Source: Peptococcaceae bacterium UBA5755 (GTDB lineage: Bacteria; Bacillota; Dehalobacteriia; UBA4068; UBA5755). From it: 64,000 bases of DNA. A program made the translations under genes and the position numbers. A model generated the notes under the pieces. That model did no database searches, had not been told where the DNA came from, and was given only the letters and a program-made list of their open reading frames with translations. Numbering within the stretch: position 1 is the first letter of the stretch; each line of letters starts with the position of its first letter. The stretch covers positions 17,436 to 81,435 of the forward strand of contig DIFF01000012.1 in assembly GCA_002419005.1 (NCBI GenBank), read 5' to 3'. Shown here piece after piece: positions 28,181 to 38,624 of this stretch.

Positions 28181-29839
28181 ATGGGAAACCAAATTTTGCT
28201 ATTTGCGGCTATTCTTAGTGGTGCTTGTTCCATTTTATCCTTTATGCCCACATCTTTCAAACCAATTAAAAAGACAATACCTATATTGTGGTGCTTATCT
28301 GCTATTATGATCATTTTTGCCGTCGTGCTGATGATTGCTCTCCAAATTTTATGTAAATTTCAATATCAGTATGTTTATGACCATATAAGCAAAGATATGG
28401 GCCTAATTTATAAAGTTTCAGCTCTTTGGTCAGGGCAGGAAGGTTCATTTTTACTATGGGCGCTCATTATGGGCATAATGAGTTTTTTTGTGCTACGAAT
28501 GAAAGGAGACAACACATATAAGGCATTTGGCATTTATTCTGCAATTAGTTCTTGCGTATATATAATGTGCTTTAATGTTCATCCCTTTAATAGAATGAAC
28601 ATTATTCCCCTTGATGGTCTTGGGATAACGGAAGCGCTGAAAAATCCATGGATGGTTATTCATCCGCCCCTGGTATTTATTGCTTACAGTGCAATGGCAG
28701 TCCTGTTCTCCCTTTCTGCAATAATTTCTAAAAAAAATTTTATTGGTTATAACAACCGGATTGCCACATGGCTTCGTATAAGCTGGATATTCCTGGGGTT
28801 AGGAATCCTATCTGGCAGCATTTGGGCCTATCGTGCCTTGGGATGGGGTGGATACTGGGCATGGGATCCAATTGAAAACGCAGCTCTTGTACCATGGCTT
28901 ATAATTTGTGGATTTCTGCACTACCAAGCATGCAGCCAAAACCTAATATGCGTTTTACCGTTTTCCATTTCTTGTTTTGGCGTATTTTTAGCCCGTAGTG
29001 GAATATTAAAAGATCAGTCGGCCCATGCCTATTCAGAAGGGAATGTAATTGTTACGGGGATGGTTATTTGTTTTATGCTTGGAACTTTACTGTTTTATAT
29101 TTTAAAAATTTGTAAACGAAAAAGAAAAGAACATACAGGCAGGCCCTCTTTAAGTAATATGAAAAAATTAATTTTCTATTTTATGAGCGGATATGCCGTG
29201 CTGATTTTCATAGGAACCATAGCTCCAATAATACTGAATATGGAAACACCAATTACATATTATACTGCGATTAGTGCGGTTTTTGCCTTGGCATACAGCA
29301 TCCTACTGCTGTTACGTGATATTGAGTGGTTAAAAAAACGAAGTGTATTAATGGTTTTCATCAGTACAATACTTGTTATCGGTATTATGGCCCTTACCGG
29401 TTCCAATAAATTCATATGGCTTATGCTCATATGGATCTGTTTGATGCCACTTTCCTTATGGTTGGCTTCCGGTTTCCCCAAAAGCTGGAAATTCTACTTA
29501 CCTCATTTGGGAGTTTTACTCCTGATTGTTGGGGCCATCGGTTCGTCGTCACTATGCGGTAAAGCTGTGGCTGTTACAACACTGGATAGCAGTCAAGTCA
29601 TTGTTGCAGGAATCGAGATCCCTTTATCAGAGCTTTCAAAAAAGGATATTTTAATTAAGTCTCTCCCTACGCAGGATTTAATTATCCAATGTTCCCAAAT
29701 TTCCACCTTACCTCAGGGCGGTTTTCTGATACCTTATGAAATAAAACCCTTGATTATTTTGTTTTGGATCGGCGGGATTGCCGTTATTTCCACCTCTTTG
29801 AGTTTCATCATCTGGGATCGGTTTACGATAAGACAATAA
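28181..29839 (+). CDS. CcmF/NrfE-family cytochrome c heme lyase-like polytopic membrane protein
   Basis: SALWSGQEGSFLLW (CcmF N-terminal motif). NPW..IHPPLVFIAYS. WWD domain GWGGYWAWDPIENAALVPWL. About 13 TM helices. No other ccm genes lie adjacent. Confidence 0.7.
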   Translation: MGNQILLFAAILSGACSILSFMPTSFKPIKKTIPILWCLSAIMIIFAVVLMIALQILCKFQYQYVYDHISKDMGLIYKVSALWSGQEGSFLLWALIMGIMSFFVLRMKGDNTYKAFGIYSAISSCVYIMCFNVHPFNRMNIIPLDGLGITEALKNPWMVIHPPLVFIAYSAMAVLFSLSAIISKKNFIGYNNRIATWLRISWIFLGLGILSGSIWAYRALGWGGYWAWDPIENAALVPWLIICGFLHYQACSQNLICVLPFSISCFGVFLARSGILKDQSAHAYSEGNVIVTGMVICFMLGTLLFYILKICKRKRKEHTGRPSLSNMKKLIFYFMSGYAVLIFIGTIAPIILNMETPITYYTAISAVFALAYSILLLLRDIEWLKKRSVLMVFISTILVIGIMALTGSNKFIWLMLIWICLMPLSLWLASGFPKSWKFYLPHLGVLLLIVGAIGSSSLCGKAVAVTTLDSSQVIVAGIEIPLSELSKKDILIKSLPTQDLIIQCSQISTLPQGGFLIPYEIKPLIILFWIGGIAVISTSLSFIIWDRFTIRQ

Positions 29840-29905
29840 AATTAAGTATTGTTAATTAAGTATTTATAGAATATAATTATATCCGCGTCATTGACAAACA
29901 TGTTA

Positions 29906-29934
29906 TTGACAAAGTAGGGGAATGGTGTTAAAAT
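29906..29934 (+). promoter_or_regulatory. sigma-A promoter of the second DEAD-box helicase (TTGACA-17-TGtTAAAAT)
   Basis: -35 at 29906-29911 and extended -10 at 29926-29934. Confidence 0.55.
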
Positions 29935-29971
29935 AAAAAATTGTAACTGCAAAAATAATGGTTAGACATTA

Positions 29972-29998
29972 AACGAGGAGTACATTCCTCGTTTTTTA
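29972..29998 (+). promoter_or_regulatory. leader hairpin plus U-tract (attenuator-like) in the 5' UTR of the CshA-like helicase
   Basis: aacgagga-gtacat-tcctcgtt followed by TTTTTTATTTATT. Lies between the promoter and the RBS. Confidence 0.5.
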
Positions 29999-30020
29999 TT
30001 TATTAGAATTGAGGAAACAA

Positions 30021-31775
30021 ATGACAAAAATGACAAAAATTTTATTCTCCCAACTTAACCTAACACCTAAAATCGAAGAAGCTATTGACAGAATGGGCTT
30101 CGATTTTGCAACCCCTATCCAGTCGGAGGCAATACCACTGATTAGGTCAGGTGCAGACGTTATTGCCCGTTCACAGACCGGTACCGGCAAGACTATTGCG
30201 TTTGCGATACCTGCGATCGAGAAAGTAGATACCAGCGAGGGGAAAACCACCATTCAGGTGCTTATACTTTGCCCCACAAGAGAGCTGGTACAGCAGGCAA
30301 CAGAGGAAATCAGGAAGCTTGCCAGATTTAGGGCTGATATCCATCCTGTGGAGATATATGGTGGTGCCGCCATCGACAAGCAGTGCATCCGCCTCCGTAG
30401 CGCCAACATAGTTGTTGGGACGCCCGGGCGGGTGATGGATCATATGCGTCGCAAGAATATCAGACTCTCAAACTTGAAGATGATAGTTTTGGATGAGGCC
30501 GACGAGATGCTGAGCATGGGTTTTAAGGAGGATATCGAGACTATCCTGACGGACACTCCGGCAGACCGGCAAACAGTGCTTTTTTCCGCTACCATGTCGC
30601 GGGCTATACTAACGCTGACAAACGAGTTCCAAAAAGACCCGCAACTGATCGATATTAATAAGAGCCAGGCCACCATAACAGATATCGAGCAGAGCTACAT
30701 CGAGGTTCCCCGCGGCAGAAAAAAAGACGCGCTAGGCATGCTGCTGCAACATCATCAACCAAACCGGGCTATAATTTTCTGTAATACTAAAAAAATGGTA
30801 GACGAGCTGACCGAGTTTCTCAGTTGCTTCGATTTTAAAACGGAGAGCATCCACAGCGATATAAAGCAGGCTCAAAGAACTGCAGTCATGCAAGGCTTTA
30901 AGCAGGGGAAAACAGCGTTACTGATTGCATCCGATATTGCCGCTCGCGGTATAGATGTGAATGATGTTGACTTTGTCATCAACTATGACATCCCGACAAG
31001 TACGGAATACTATATACATCGTATTGGCAGAACGGGACGAGCTGGTAAATCGGGGCGCTCTGTCACTCTTTGCAGCGGCAGGCGCGAAGTCAACACCATG
31101 CGCGGTATTGCTTCTGAGATAAAAGCGCAAATAACCCCAATGTCGCTGTCCTCTTTAAGCGATATCCAAAAAGCTAACGGTAGCAAGGCAATAAGTGCTA
31201 TGGAAAAAACTTTACAAGTTGAGATTCAGACATCATTTTTAGAAATGGTAGACCAATTGGCAGAAAAAGGTTATTCTCTAAAAAACATTGCGGCAGCGGC
31301 AATGCAGCTGCAATTTGCTAAGGTTGCTCTGCCGGCCATAGTCACCCCTATTGAACCGTGGGAGTTGGAAGCAATAGCCCCGGTAAAAAAAAGAGCCGAC
31401 AATAGTAAGGTCAGCTCTGCTTCGTATGAGGCTGTGCTTATCGATATAGGCCGCACTCACCATGTCGCCGCCAAACACATCGTTGGCGCGATTACAGAGC
31501 GAACAGACTTGGTTGGCAGCGACATCGGCAAGATAGATATTTTGCCCGGGCAAACTATTGTCAATATTCCCACCGGATACAGTGAGGAATTTTTAGAGGC
31601 AATGGCAGGCTGCAAGATCTGTGGCAGGCCGGTCAATACGGTAAAGCTGGCCAATACTTCAAAAAATAGAAAGAGTGCGCTAGGGTCAATCATTAACTCA
31701 CATGATGGCAAAAAAAACAATCGTACTCAGGGCGCCTCATTAAATAAAAAAGAATCGTATCGGTCATGCGGGTAA
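30021..31775 (+). CDS. cshA: DEAD-box ATP-dependent RNA helicase with DbpA-type C-terminal RNA-binding extension (CshA-like)
   Basis: Motifs SQTGTGKT, VLDEADEMLSMGF, FSAT, HRIGRTGRAG, plus an extra roughly 200-aa C-terminal region. Confidence 0.8.
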   Translation: MTKMTKILFSQLNLTPKIEEAIDRMGFDFATPIQSEAIPLIRSGADVIARSQTGTGKTIAFAIPAIEKVDTSEGKTTIQVLILCPTRELVQQATEEIRKLARFRADIHPVEIYGGAAIDKQCIRLRSANIVVGTPGRVMDHMRRKNIRLSNLKMIVLDEADEMLSMGFKEDIETILTDTPADRQTVLFSATMSRAILTLTNEFQKDPQLIDINKSQATITDIEQSYIEVPRGRKKDALGMLLQHHQPNRAIIFCNTKKMVDELTEFLSCFDFKTESIHSDIKQAQRTAVMQGFKQGKTALLIASDIAARGIDVNDVDFVINYDIPTSTEYYIHRIGRTGRAGKSGRSVTLCSGRREVNTMRGIASEIKAQITPMSLSSLSDIQKANGSKAISAMEKTLQVEIQTSFLEMVDQLAEKGYSLKNIAAAAMQLQFAKVALPAIVTPIEPWELEAIAPVKKRADNSKVSSASYEAVLIDIGRTHHVAAKHIVGAITERTDLVGSDIGKIDILPGQTIVNIPTGYSEEFLEAMAGCKICGRPVNTVKLANTSKNRKSALGSIINSHDGKKNNRTQGASLNKKESYRSCG

Positions 31776-31878
31776 GGGGATAGATCAATACTACCACCTA
31801 TGCTATCATGCAGCAGCTTTATTATCTTCCTTTTATCCGGACGATATACGGACAAGGGAAAAAGAAGTTTTAATAAAA

Positions 31879-32505
31879 TTATACCTTGAATAATGTTATC
31901 AGTTCACGCGTAGCGGCAGTAATATCTTTTTGTGCCACTATTGCTGATATAACCGCAAATCCGTCTATACCTGAACCTTTAAAATTACATATTGTATTTT
32001 TGCTTATCCCGCCGATGACAACAATGGGAATATCCACTGCTTTGCGTATTTTTTTTAGCTCATCCATAGTAACAATTTCTGTGTCTTTTTTGGTTGTAGT
32101 GGAATACATTGCTCCAACCCCCAAATAATCAGCGCCGTCATTTTGCGCTTTGACCGCTTCCTTAAGGTTAGATGCTGAAACACCAAGGATCTTATCCTTG
32201 CCGATTAGCTTTCTTACGACCGCCGCTGGTAGATCATTTTGACCAATGTGAACACCGGCAGCGTCGATCGCCATAGCTACATCAACACGGTCATTGATAA
32301 TCAGCGGAACATTGTATCTGTCTGTAATATCTTTTATGCGAAGTGCAAGCTGATAAAATTTAAGAGATGAACAGCACTTTTCTCTTAACTGAACAATTGT
32401 ACATCCGCCTAGAATAGCAAGCTCAACCGATTCTTCTATGGTATCGGTTGACATTAGTTTTCTGTCCGTACAAAGATAGAGGGTATAATCAATTTTATTC
32501 TTCAT
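31879..32505 (-). CDS. thiE: thiamine-phosphate synthase
   Basis: LYLCTDRKL...TIVQLREK and C-terminal GGI..N motifs. Start at MKNKIDY overlaps the thiM end. Confidence 0.8.
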   Translation of the reverse strand: MKNKIDYTLYLCTDRKLMSTDTIEESVELAILGGCTIVQLREKCCSSLKFYQLALRIKDITDRYNVPLIINDRVDVAMAIDAAGVHIGQNDLPAAVVRKLIGKDKILGVSASNLKEAVKAQNDGADYLGVGAMYSTTTKKDTEIVTMDELKKIRKAVDIPIVVIGGISKNTICNFKGSGIDGFAVISAIVAQKDITAATRELITLFKV

Positions 32506-33313
32506 TAAGTTTCGCTCTTTCTGCAATAATATCGCCGTTAAGATAACCAAGCGCATCTATAATTGCAACATGAAAATTGCCTATACCAAGACTGCCTGCT
32601 TTTTCAAATGCCATTTCACCTGCTATACCCATCAAGGCAACACCACCAACGGCTGCAGAAAAATAGTCTTTGCCAATACCTGCAAAGGCTCCAACCAGTG
32701 CTGTTGTCATGCAGCCTGTTCCTGTTACCTTGGAAAGCATTTTGTGGCCGTTAAAGATTTTAACAACCCTTTTACCATCCGAAACAACATCAATGGCACC
32801 GGTTAGGGCAACCACACAGTTAAGTTTATTTGCAACTGTTATTGCAACGGTTGCACTGTCATTTTTTTCATCAGCGGTAGAGGAATCCACTCCTTTTGTA
32901 GAAGCTCCCATCCCTGCTAAAAACGAAATCTCGGACAAATTACCCCGCAGTATGGTAATTTTAATCTGTTCTATTATTTCTTTTGTTGTGTCGTTTCTGA
33001 GTTTGGATGCGCCAGCTCCAACCGGATCAAAAACAACAGGAATACCGAGAGCATTTGCTTTTTTACCCGACTCAATCATTGAAGCGATAGTACGCTTATT
33101 GAGTGTTCCAATGTTTATGACAAGAGCCGCAGAAATTGCGGTAATATCTGCTGCCTCAGCAATATCATCAGCCATAATAGGGGAGGCGCCAATAGCAAGC
33201 AGGGCATTGGCAACATCGTTTACTGTAACATAGTTAGTTATATTGTGAACAAGAGGAACTTTATTTTTAAGTTCTTGTATTAACTTTGAAATATCTTTTG
33301 TTATTGTGTTTAT
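32495..33313 (-). CDS. thiM: hydroxyethylthiazole kinase (N-terminus has no canonical start codon in frame)
   Basis: The ThiM-like N-terminus [36 protein letters not shown] is in frame upstream of the ORF-track ATG. The frame opens right after a stop with ATA AAC..., preceded by AAAGGGG at 9 nt. The first in-frame ATG is internal, at 33175. Confidence 0.6.
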   Translation of the reverse strand: MNTITKDISKLIQELKNKVPLVHNITNYVTVNDVANALLAIGASPIMADDIAEAADITAISAALVINIGTLNKRTIASMIESGKKANALGIPVVFDPVGAGASKLRNDTTKEIIEQIKITILRGNLSEISFLAGMGASTKGVDSSTADEKNDSATVAITVANKLNCVVALTGAIDVVSDGKRVVKIFNGHKMLSKVTGTGCMTTALVGAFAGIGKDYFSAAVGGVALMGIAGEMAFEKAGSLGIGNFHVAIIDALGYLNGDIIAERAKLNEE

Positions 33314-33330
33314 TTAAATCAGCCCCTTTA

Positions 33331-34644
33331 TTATTTTTCTGAACAAAACTCAACCTTTTTGCCTTCTAAAATCATATTTGTGGTTCTGACAGCACACATT
33401 TTCCCACACATGGAGCAGGTATGCCGGTCGGCAGGAGGCGTGCTTTCAAAATATGCTTTTGCCTTATCACCGTCTATGGCAATTTTGAACATTTCCTCCC
33501 AATCCATATTGTGCCGTGCTTCCGCCATTTTGTTGTCAACATCTCTTGCGCCAGGCAACCCTTTTGCAATATCCGCAGCATGGGCGGCAATCTTGCTGGC
33601 AACAATGCCCTCCTTAACGTCGTTCAAATCCGGCAGCCGAAGATGCTCAGCCGGTGTAACATAGCACAAAAAATCGGCGCCCGAGGCTGCAGCAATTGCT
33701 CCTCCAATAGCAGAGGTTATATGGTCGTATCCGGGAGCAATGTCGGTAACAAGCGGACCTAAAACATAAAACGGCGCATTATGACAGATACGTTTCTGCA
33801 TTATCATGTTTGCGGCAATCTCATTCATCGCCATATGACCAGGGCCTTCAACCATAACCTGAACATCCTTATCCCAGGCTCGTTTGGTAAGATCTCCGAG
33901 TTCAATCAGTTCACTTATCTGACCTGCATCGGAGCTGTCATCAATACACCCCGGCCGGAGAGCGTCACCAAGGCTGATCGTAACATCAAATTCACGCAGA
34001 ATTTCAAGCACATCATCATAATACTCATAAAAAGGGTTCTCGTTTCCCGTCATCTCCATCCATGCAAACAAAAGAGAGCCCCCGCGAGAAACGATATTCA
34101 TTTTTCTGCCCTCGCGTCTAAATGCCTTAACAGCTCTCTTATTGATACCTGCATGAATGGTCATAAAATCCACCCCATCCTCGGCATGAGCGCGGATAAC
34201 CTTCAGAAAATCCTGTGCGGTTATTTCTAGCAAATCCTTTTCAAGATACCCCACCGCGTCATACATAGGGACCGTGCCTATCATAGCTGGAGATTTTGCA
34301 ATAAGCTCTTTACGGAAGATATTTGTTTTTCCGTAGTTGCTTAAATCCATAATGGCTTCCGCACCAAATTTTAATGCCAAGTCAACCTTCTGCATTTCTC
34401 TATCGTAATTATTGCAATCGCCTGATATCCCCAGGTTGACATTAATTTTTGTTTTAAGTCCGGCACCAATCCCCTCAGGCGAAAGGGAAGTGTGCCTAAT
34501 ATTTGCAGGAATGGCAACGCTGCCACAAGCAACAAGTTCCATAAGCTTATGTGTATCCATATTTTCTTTTTTGGCCACGGTTTCCATTTGGGGAGTAGGG
34601 ATGCCTTCTTTAGCAGCCTCCATTTGTGTTTTGTAGCTTCTCAT
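33331..34644 (-). CDS. thiC: phosphomethylpyrimidine synthase
   Basis: Highly conserved ThiC core and C-terminal CSMCGKMCA cluster. The ATG lies 1 nt after the thiD stop (TAAAATG). Confidence 0.85.
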   Translation of the reverse strand: MRSYKTQMEAAKEGIPTPQMETVAKKENMDTHKLMELVACGSVAIPANIRHTSLSPEGIGAGLKTKINVNLGISGDCNNYDREMQKVDLALKFGAEAIMDLSNYGKTNIFRKELIAKSPAMIGTVPMYDAVGYLEKDLLEITAQDFLKVIRAHAEDGVDFMTIHAGINKRAVKAFRREGRKMNIVSRGGSLLFAWMEMTGNENPFYEYYDDVLEILREFDVTISLGDALRPGCIDDSSDAGQISELIELGDLTKRAWDKDVQVMVEGPGHMAMNEIAANMIMQKRICHNAPFYVLGPLVTDIAPGYDHITSAIGGAIAAASGADFLCYVTPAEHLRLPDLNDVKEGIVASKIAAHAADIAKGLPGARDVDNKMAEARHNMDWEEMFKIAIDGDKAKAYFESTPPADRHTCSMCGKMCAVRTTNMILEGKKVEFCSEK

Positions 34645-34645
34645 T

Positions 34646-35446
34646 TTATATGATTCCTTTCGTTTTATATAGTTCATAAAAGTGGTTTGTCGGGCCATGT
34701 CCCTTACCAATGTTAAGCGAATATTTTATTGCCAGGGTCACATATTTTTTTGCTTCTTCCACCGCTTTGGCTAATTCCATTCCGTTTGCAAGATTTGCGG
34801 TAATCGCAGAGGAAAGAGTACAGCCAGTACCATGCGTGTTTTTTGTATTGATTCGTTCATTTGAAAAAGAATCAACTTTTTTACCGTCAAACAAAATGTC
34901 AACGGCATCGCCGCTTAAATGGCCGCCTTTTACTAAGACATTTTTGGCTCCCAGCTGGTAAATTATTTTAGCAGCTGCTTTCATATCACTTACCGTTTTA
35001 ATATCCATTCCCGTGATTGTTTCGGCTTCCGGTATATTGGGAGTAATTAAAAAACTAAACGGTAGAATTTCCTTTTTTAGAGTATCCAAAGCATCCAACT
35101 GCATCAATAAAGAGCCGTCCTTTGCAATAATTACAGGATCAAACACGGTAATCTTCGGCTTATATTCTCTCAATTTCTCTGCTACCGCTTTCATAGTTTC
35201 AATACCGGATAACATGCCAATCTTAACCGCATCAACTTCAATATCCTCAAAAACCGCGTCAATCTGGTCTTTAATAACTTTTTGCGTTACATTTTGAATT
35301 GAAATGACTCTGGATGTGTTTTCCGCAACAACCGCAACAATAACACTCATACCAAAACAGCCGAGGGCGGAAAAGGTTTTTATATCAGCCTGTATTCCCG
35401 CACCGCCGCTGCAATCGGAACCGGCAATAGACAAACAGTTTTTCAT
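34646..35446 (-). CDS. thiD: hydroxymethylpyrimidine/phosphomethylpyrimidine kinase
   Basis: [19 protein letters not shown]-terminal motif. AAAGGAG RBS. Confidence 0.8.
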   Translation of the reverse strand: MKNCLSIAGSDCSGGAGIQADIKTFSALGCFGMSVIVAVVAENTSRVISIQNVTQKVIKDQIDAVFEDIEVDAVKIGMLSGIETMKAVAEKLREYKPKITVFDPVIIAKDGSLLMQLDALDTLKKEILPFSFLITPNIPEAETITGMDIKTVSDMKAAAKIIYQLGAKNVLVKGGHLSGDAVDILFDGKKVDSFSNERINTKNTHGTGCTLSSAITANLANGMELAKAVEEAKKYVTLAIKYSLNIGKGHGPTNHFYELYKTKGII

Positions 35447-35482
35447 ATAAATACTCCTTTAACATAACAAATTTAACATAAC

Positions 35483-35625
35483 AAAAAAGGAAGCACCGTA
35501 AGGCACTTCCTGTAAATTATTTTTTCAGTGACTCCCTACGTTGGCATTACCCAAATCAGGTAAAAGGGTCAAAGTTGATTACTTCCTCTCAGCCTGCACA
35601 CAAGCTCCCCTGTTTATTTAATTAT
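35483..35625 (-). ncRNA. TPP riboswitch (THI element) with terminator expression platform, leader of thiD-C-M-E
   Basis: Minus strand reads ...ggggagc...gcaggCTGAGAggaag...ACCC...ACCTGATttGGgTAATGCCAaCGtAGGGA..., then ggaagtgcc-ttac-ggtgcttcc plus TTTTTT (35483-35510). Confidence 0.8.
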
Positions 35626-35666
35626 AATGTAACTTAATTAAGTATAGCATTTCAATATATAGTTTG

Positions 35667-37157
35667 TCAACTCAACCACCCCAGCGTCCTTTCCACGGCT
35701 TTCTGCCAGGCACAATGCTTAGCAGATCTTTCCTCTGCCGGCATGTGTGGCAAAAAACGGCGGTCTAATTGCCACAAATCAGCAATTTCAGCTACATTTT
35801 GCCACACCTCGCAAGCTAAACCAGCCAAAAAGGCGGCGCCAAGGGCTGTGGTTTCTGTTATTTTTGGGCGTTCCACCGGTATATTCAACATATCTGCCTC
35901 AAACTGCATTAAAAAGTTGTTGGCACTAGCCCCGCCATCGGCCTTAACTTGTGCCAAAGCCTCGCCAATATCCATTTGCATAGCATCAATAACATCTTTA
36001 ACCTGTAGGGCAATTGCCTCCAAAGCTGCCCGGGCAACATGCCCGCGGTTGGTCCCACGGTTAATGCCAATCAGCATACCTCGGCTATAACTATCCCAAT
36101 ACGGTGCCCCAAGCCCGGTAAAGGAGGGCACAAGCACAACACCACCCGTATCCGGCACCGAAAGAGCCAAAACCTCGCTTTCCGCGGCTGTCTCAATTAT
36201 CTTTAGCTCATCCCTTAGCCACTGAATAACCGCACCACCCACAAAAACACTGCCTTCCAAGGCATATTGCGGCTTGCCATTGGCGCTGCAGGCCATGGTA
36301 GTAAGAAGCCGATGTTCAGATGCAACAGGCAAATCTCCGGTGTGCATTAAAAGAAAACAACCTGTACCATAGGTTACTTTGGCCATACCCGAGCAAAAAC
36401 ACCCCTGACCAAAAAGAGCAGCCTGCTGGTCGCCGGCCAGGCCAGCAATAGGAATACTTTTACCCAAAATAGCCGGGTCCAGCTCGCCAACCACACCGCA
36501 AGAACTAACAACTTTTGGCAGCATAGAGTAGGGGATAGCGAGCTCACGCAAAATATCATCATCCCAGCAGCACCTGTGAATATCATACATCATGGTACGA
36601 GAAGCATTAGTGTAATCAGTAACATACACCTTGCCGCCGGTCAACCGCCAAATAAGCCACGTATCCACCGTACCAAAAAGTAAATCACCAGCAGCGGCTT
36701 TTTCTTTTGCTCCATGCACATTCTCCAAAATCCATTTCAGCTTGGTAGCAGAAAAGTAGGAGTCAAGCAAAAGTCCTGTCCTTTTTCTAATTAGCTCTTC
36801 CAGACCTCTGTCCTTCAATTTCTGACACATGGCAGCAGTCCGCCGGCATTGCCAAACAATGGCATTATAAATTGGCTTACCCGTGTTTTTATCCCAAACA
36901 ATGGTCGTTTCCCTCTGATTGGTAATACCAACGCCAATTATATCCGTAATATTTATCTTTGCAGCTATTATGGCTTCCCGTAAAGAATCTAGCTGGCTTT
37001 TGTAAATAGCCTCTGGGTTATGCTCAACCCAGCCCGGTTGCGGATATATCTGAGGGAGATCCTTATTTCCCTGAGCCACAATTTGTCCGGCCGTATCAAA
37101 AATAATTGTCCTAGAACTGGTGGTTCCTTGATCAAAAGCCAGCAAATAACCTTCCAC
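35667..37157 (-). CDS. glpK: glycerol kinase
   Basis: FGGY family, YLLAFDQGTTSSR N-terminal motif. Start reassigned to GTG, 7 nt after AAGGAGG (the ORF-track start lies 11 codons upstream, inside the RBS region). Confidence 0.8.
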   Translation of the reverse strand: MEGYLLAFDQGTTSSRTIIFDTAGQIVAQGNKDLPQIYPQPGWVEHNPEAIYKSQLDSLREAIIAAKINITDIIGVGITNQRETTIVWDKNTGKPIYNAIVWQCRRTAAMCQKLKDRGLEELIRKRTGLLLDSYFSATKLKWILENVHGAKEKAAAGDLLFGTVDTWLIWRLTGGKVYVTDYTNASRTMMYDIHRCCWDDDILRELAIPYSMLPKVVSSCGVVGELDPAILGKSIPIAGLAGDQQAALFGQGCFCSGMAKVTYGTGCFLLMHTGDLPVASEHRLLTTMACSANGKPQYALEGSVFVGGAVIQWLRDELKIIETAAESEVLALSVPDTGGVVLVPSFTGLGAPYWDSYSRGMLIGINRGTNRGHVARAALEAIALQVKDVIDAMQMDIGEALAQVKADGGASANNFLMQFEADMLNIPVERPKITETTALGAAFLAGLACEVWQNVAEIADLWQLDRRFLPHMPAEERSAKHCAWQKAVERTLGWLS

Positions 37158-37349
37158 AAAAAGCACCTCCTTAGCCTGTGTTAATAACATTTTTATTTAT
37201 ACAAATATCTTACCCTTAATCATTCACCTTGTCCAGATTGGTCTAAATATAAAAGAAACAGTAAAAATAAAAAAGGCAAAACACATCATACCGCCGAATT
37301 ATAAAATTATAGAAAATGCCATAAAATAAATACCAAGGAGGGGAAAGTA

Positions 37350-37790
37350 GTGAAAAAAGACTTAAACATAGAAGAACTAAAAGCAGATACGGCAAAAATA
37401 TTCAACCATGGTTTTGGCTGCTCGGAAACGATGGTATATTCCATCGGAAAACACTTTGATCTAGATATGCCAGACGAAGCAATAGCCATGGCATCCGGAT
37501 TTCTTTGGGGTGTAGGCAGTGGCTGTGCTTGCGGAGCCTTGGCCGGCGGCACCATGTGTCTGGGCTATTTATTTGGCCGCACAACTCCGGATGATCAAAA
37601 GGTTTATCATTGCCTGGATTTAGCAAAAGAATTTCATGATACCTTTAAAGAAACCTGCGGTAGCCCTTGCTGCCGGGTTTTAGTAAAAGGCTTTGAACCA
37701 TACAGCCCGGAAAGAAAAGCTCACTGCACAAAAATTGTGGTAGCAGCCGTGGAAAAATTGGCAGAGATCATCATTAGAGAGACAAAGTAG
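37350..37790 (+). CDS. C_GCAxxG_C_C family redox protein
   Basis: GFGCSETM... and GSGCACGALAGG motifs. GTG start after AAGGAGGGG. Confidence 0.65.
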   Translation: MKKDLNIEELKADTAKIFNHGFGCSETMVYSIGKHFDLDMPDEAIAMASGFLWGVGSGCACGALAGGTMCLGYLFGRTTPDDQKVYHCLDLAKEFHDTFKETCGSPCCRVLVKGFEPYSPERKAHCTKIVVAAVEKLAEIIIRETK

Positions 37791-38140
37791 GGAAGAAAAA
37801 ATGCCGCTTGCCCCAATGGTAAGTGGTTATTTTCTCTATAAACCTACACAACTAAAACCTTAAATTACATTATAAATTATAATAGTTACATAGTTATATA
37901 TCTAGTCATAATCTTAATAACATATTTAATTATGGTCATAATTGCCTAGGTTGTTACCCAGTTTTGCAGTTCTTTAGTTTTAACTCGTTTAACCCGCCAA
38001 TTTACCCATTCAACTTTACATAATATATATTATCGGAAGTAATAAAAAGGCAACGCATAAATAAATAAACAAATAAAATAAACAATATGATGGGCAGGCA
38101 AGGCCATCATATTGTTTATTACTATATATTAAATTAAATA

Positions 38141-38449
38141 TCATATATCTAACGGTATATACAGAACCTGTCCTGGTGTCAAACTCACGGTAGCCAATTG
38201 ATTAAATTGCTTAATTTCATAAACTGCCTTATCCATACTGCCTTTATAATCCGGCATATATTCTTTAATCAAATACCATAAATTATCACCTGGCTGCACA
38301 ATAACCTCTGCCACGGGCCTTTTTTTAGCCTCTTTATCATTACCCAGGGCTTGGCATGTAAACACCAAAACCATGCTAACAAGCAAAAATAAAACTACAA
38401 AAGGGACGTAACGCAGGCGTTTTTTCTTTTTCTTATTAATATTCCGCAT
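38141..38449 (-). CDS. yneA: YneA-like SOS cell-division inhibitor (TM plus LysM domain)
   Basis: 102 aa: a basic N-terminus, one TM helix, then a LysM domain (VQPGDNLWYLIKEY...GQVLYIPL). Divergent from lexA with shared Cheo boxes. Start at ATG after GGAGGT. Confidence 0.65.
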   Translation of the reverse strand: MRNINKKKKKRLRYVPFVVLFLLVSMVLVFTCQALGNDKEAKKRPVAEVIVQPGDNLWYLIKEYMPDYKGSMDKAVYEIKQFNQLATVSLTPGQVLYIPLDI

Positions 38450-38484
38450 AATCACATACCTCCAATAAAAATATAACAAAATGT

Positions 38485-38581
38485 CGAACGTTTGTTCTGT
38501 TTTTATTTTATCGAACATATGTTCATTTGTCAATACTTTTTCGAACATTTGTTTGCTTTTTTGCAAAAAGCGTGCTATAAT
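38485..38581. promoter_or_regulatory. lexA/yneA divergent control region: three LexA (Cheo) boxes plus the lexA promoter
   Basis: CGAACGTTTGTTC (38485-38497), CGAACATATGTTC (38512-38524), CGAACATTTGTTT (38542-38554). -35 TTGCTT (38553-38558), 17-nt spacer, -10 TATAAT (38576-38581). Confidence 0.7.
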
Positions 38582-38624
38582 AGGCATAAAAAGATAAACT
38601 TTTAAAGATTTAGGAGTTGATTTT

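Noticed and set aside
31776-31878. Imperfect long hairpin CTTCCTTTTATCCGGACGATATACGGACAAGGGAAAAAGAAG between the helicase and thiE ends
   Set aside because: The arms pair poorly (several mismatches) and there is no U-tract. Not convincing as a terminator.
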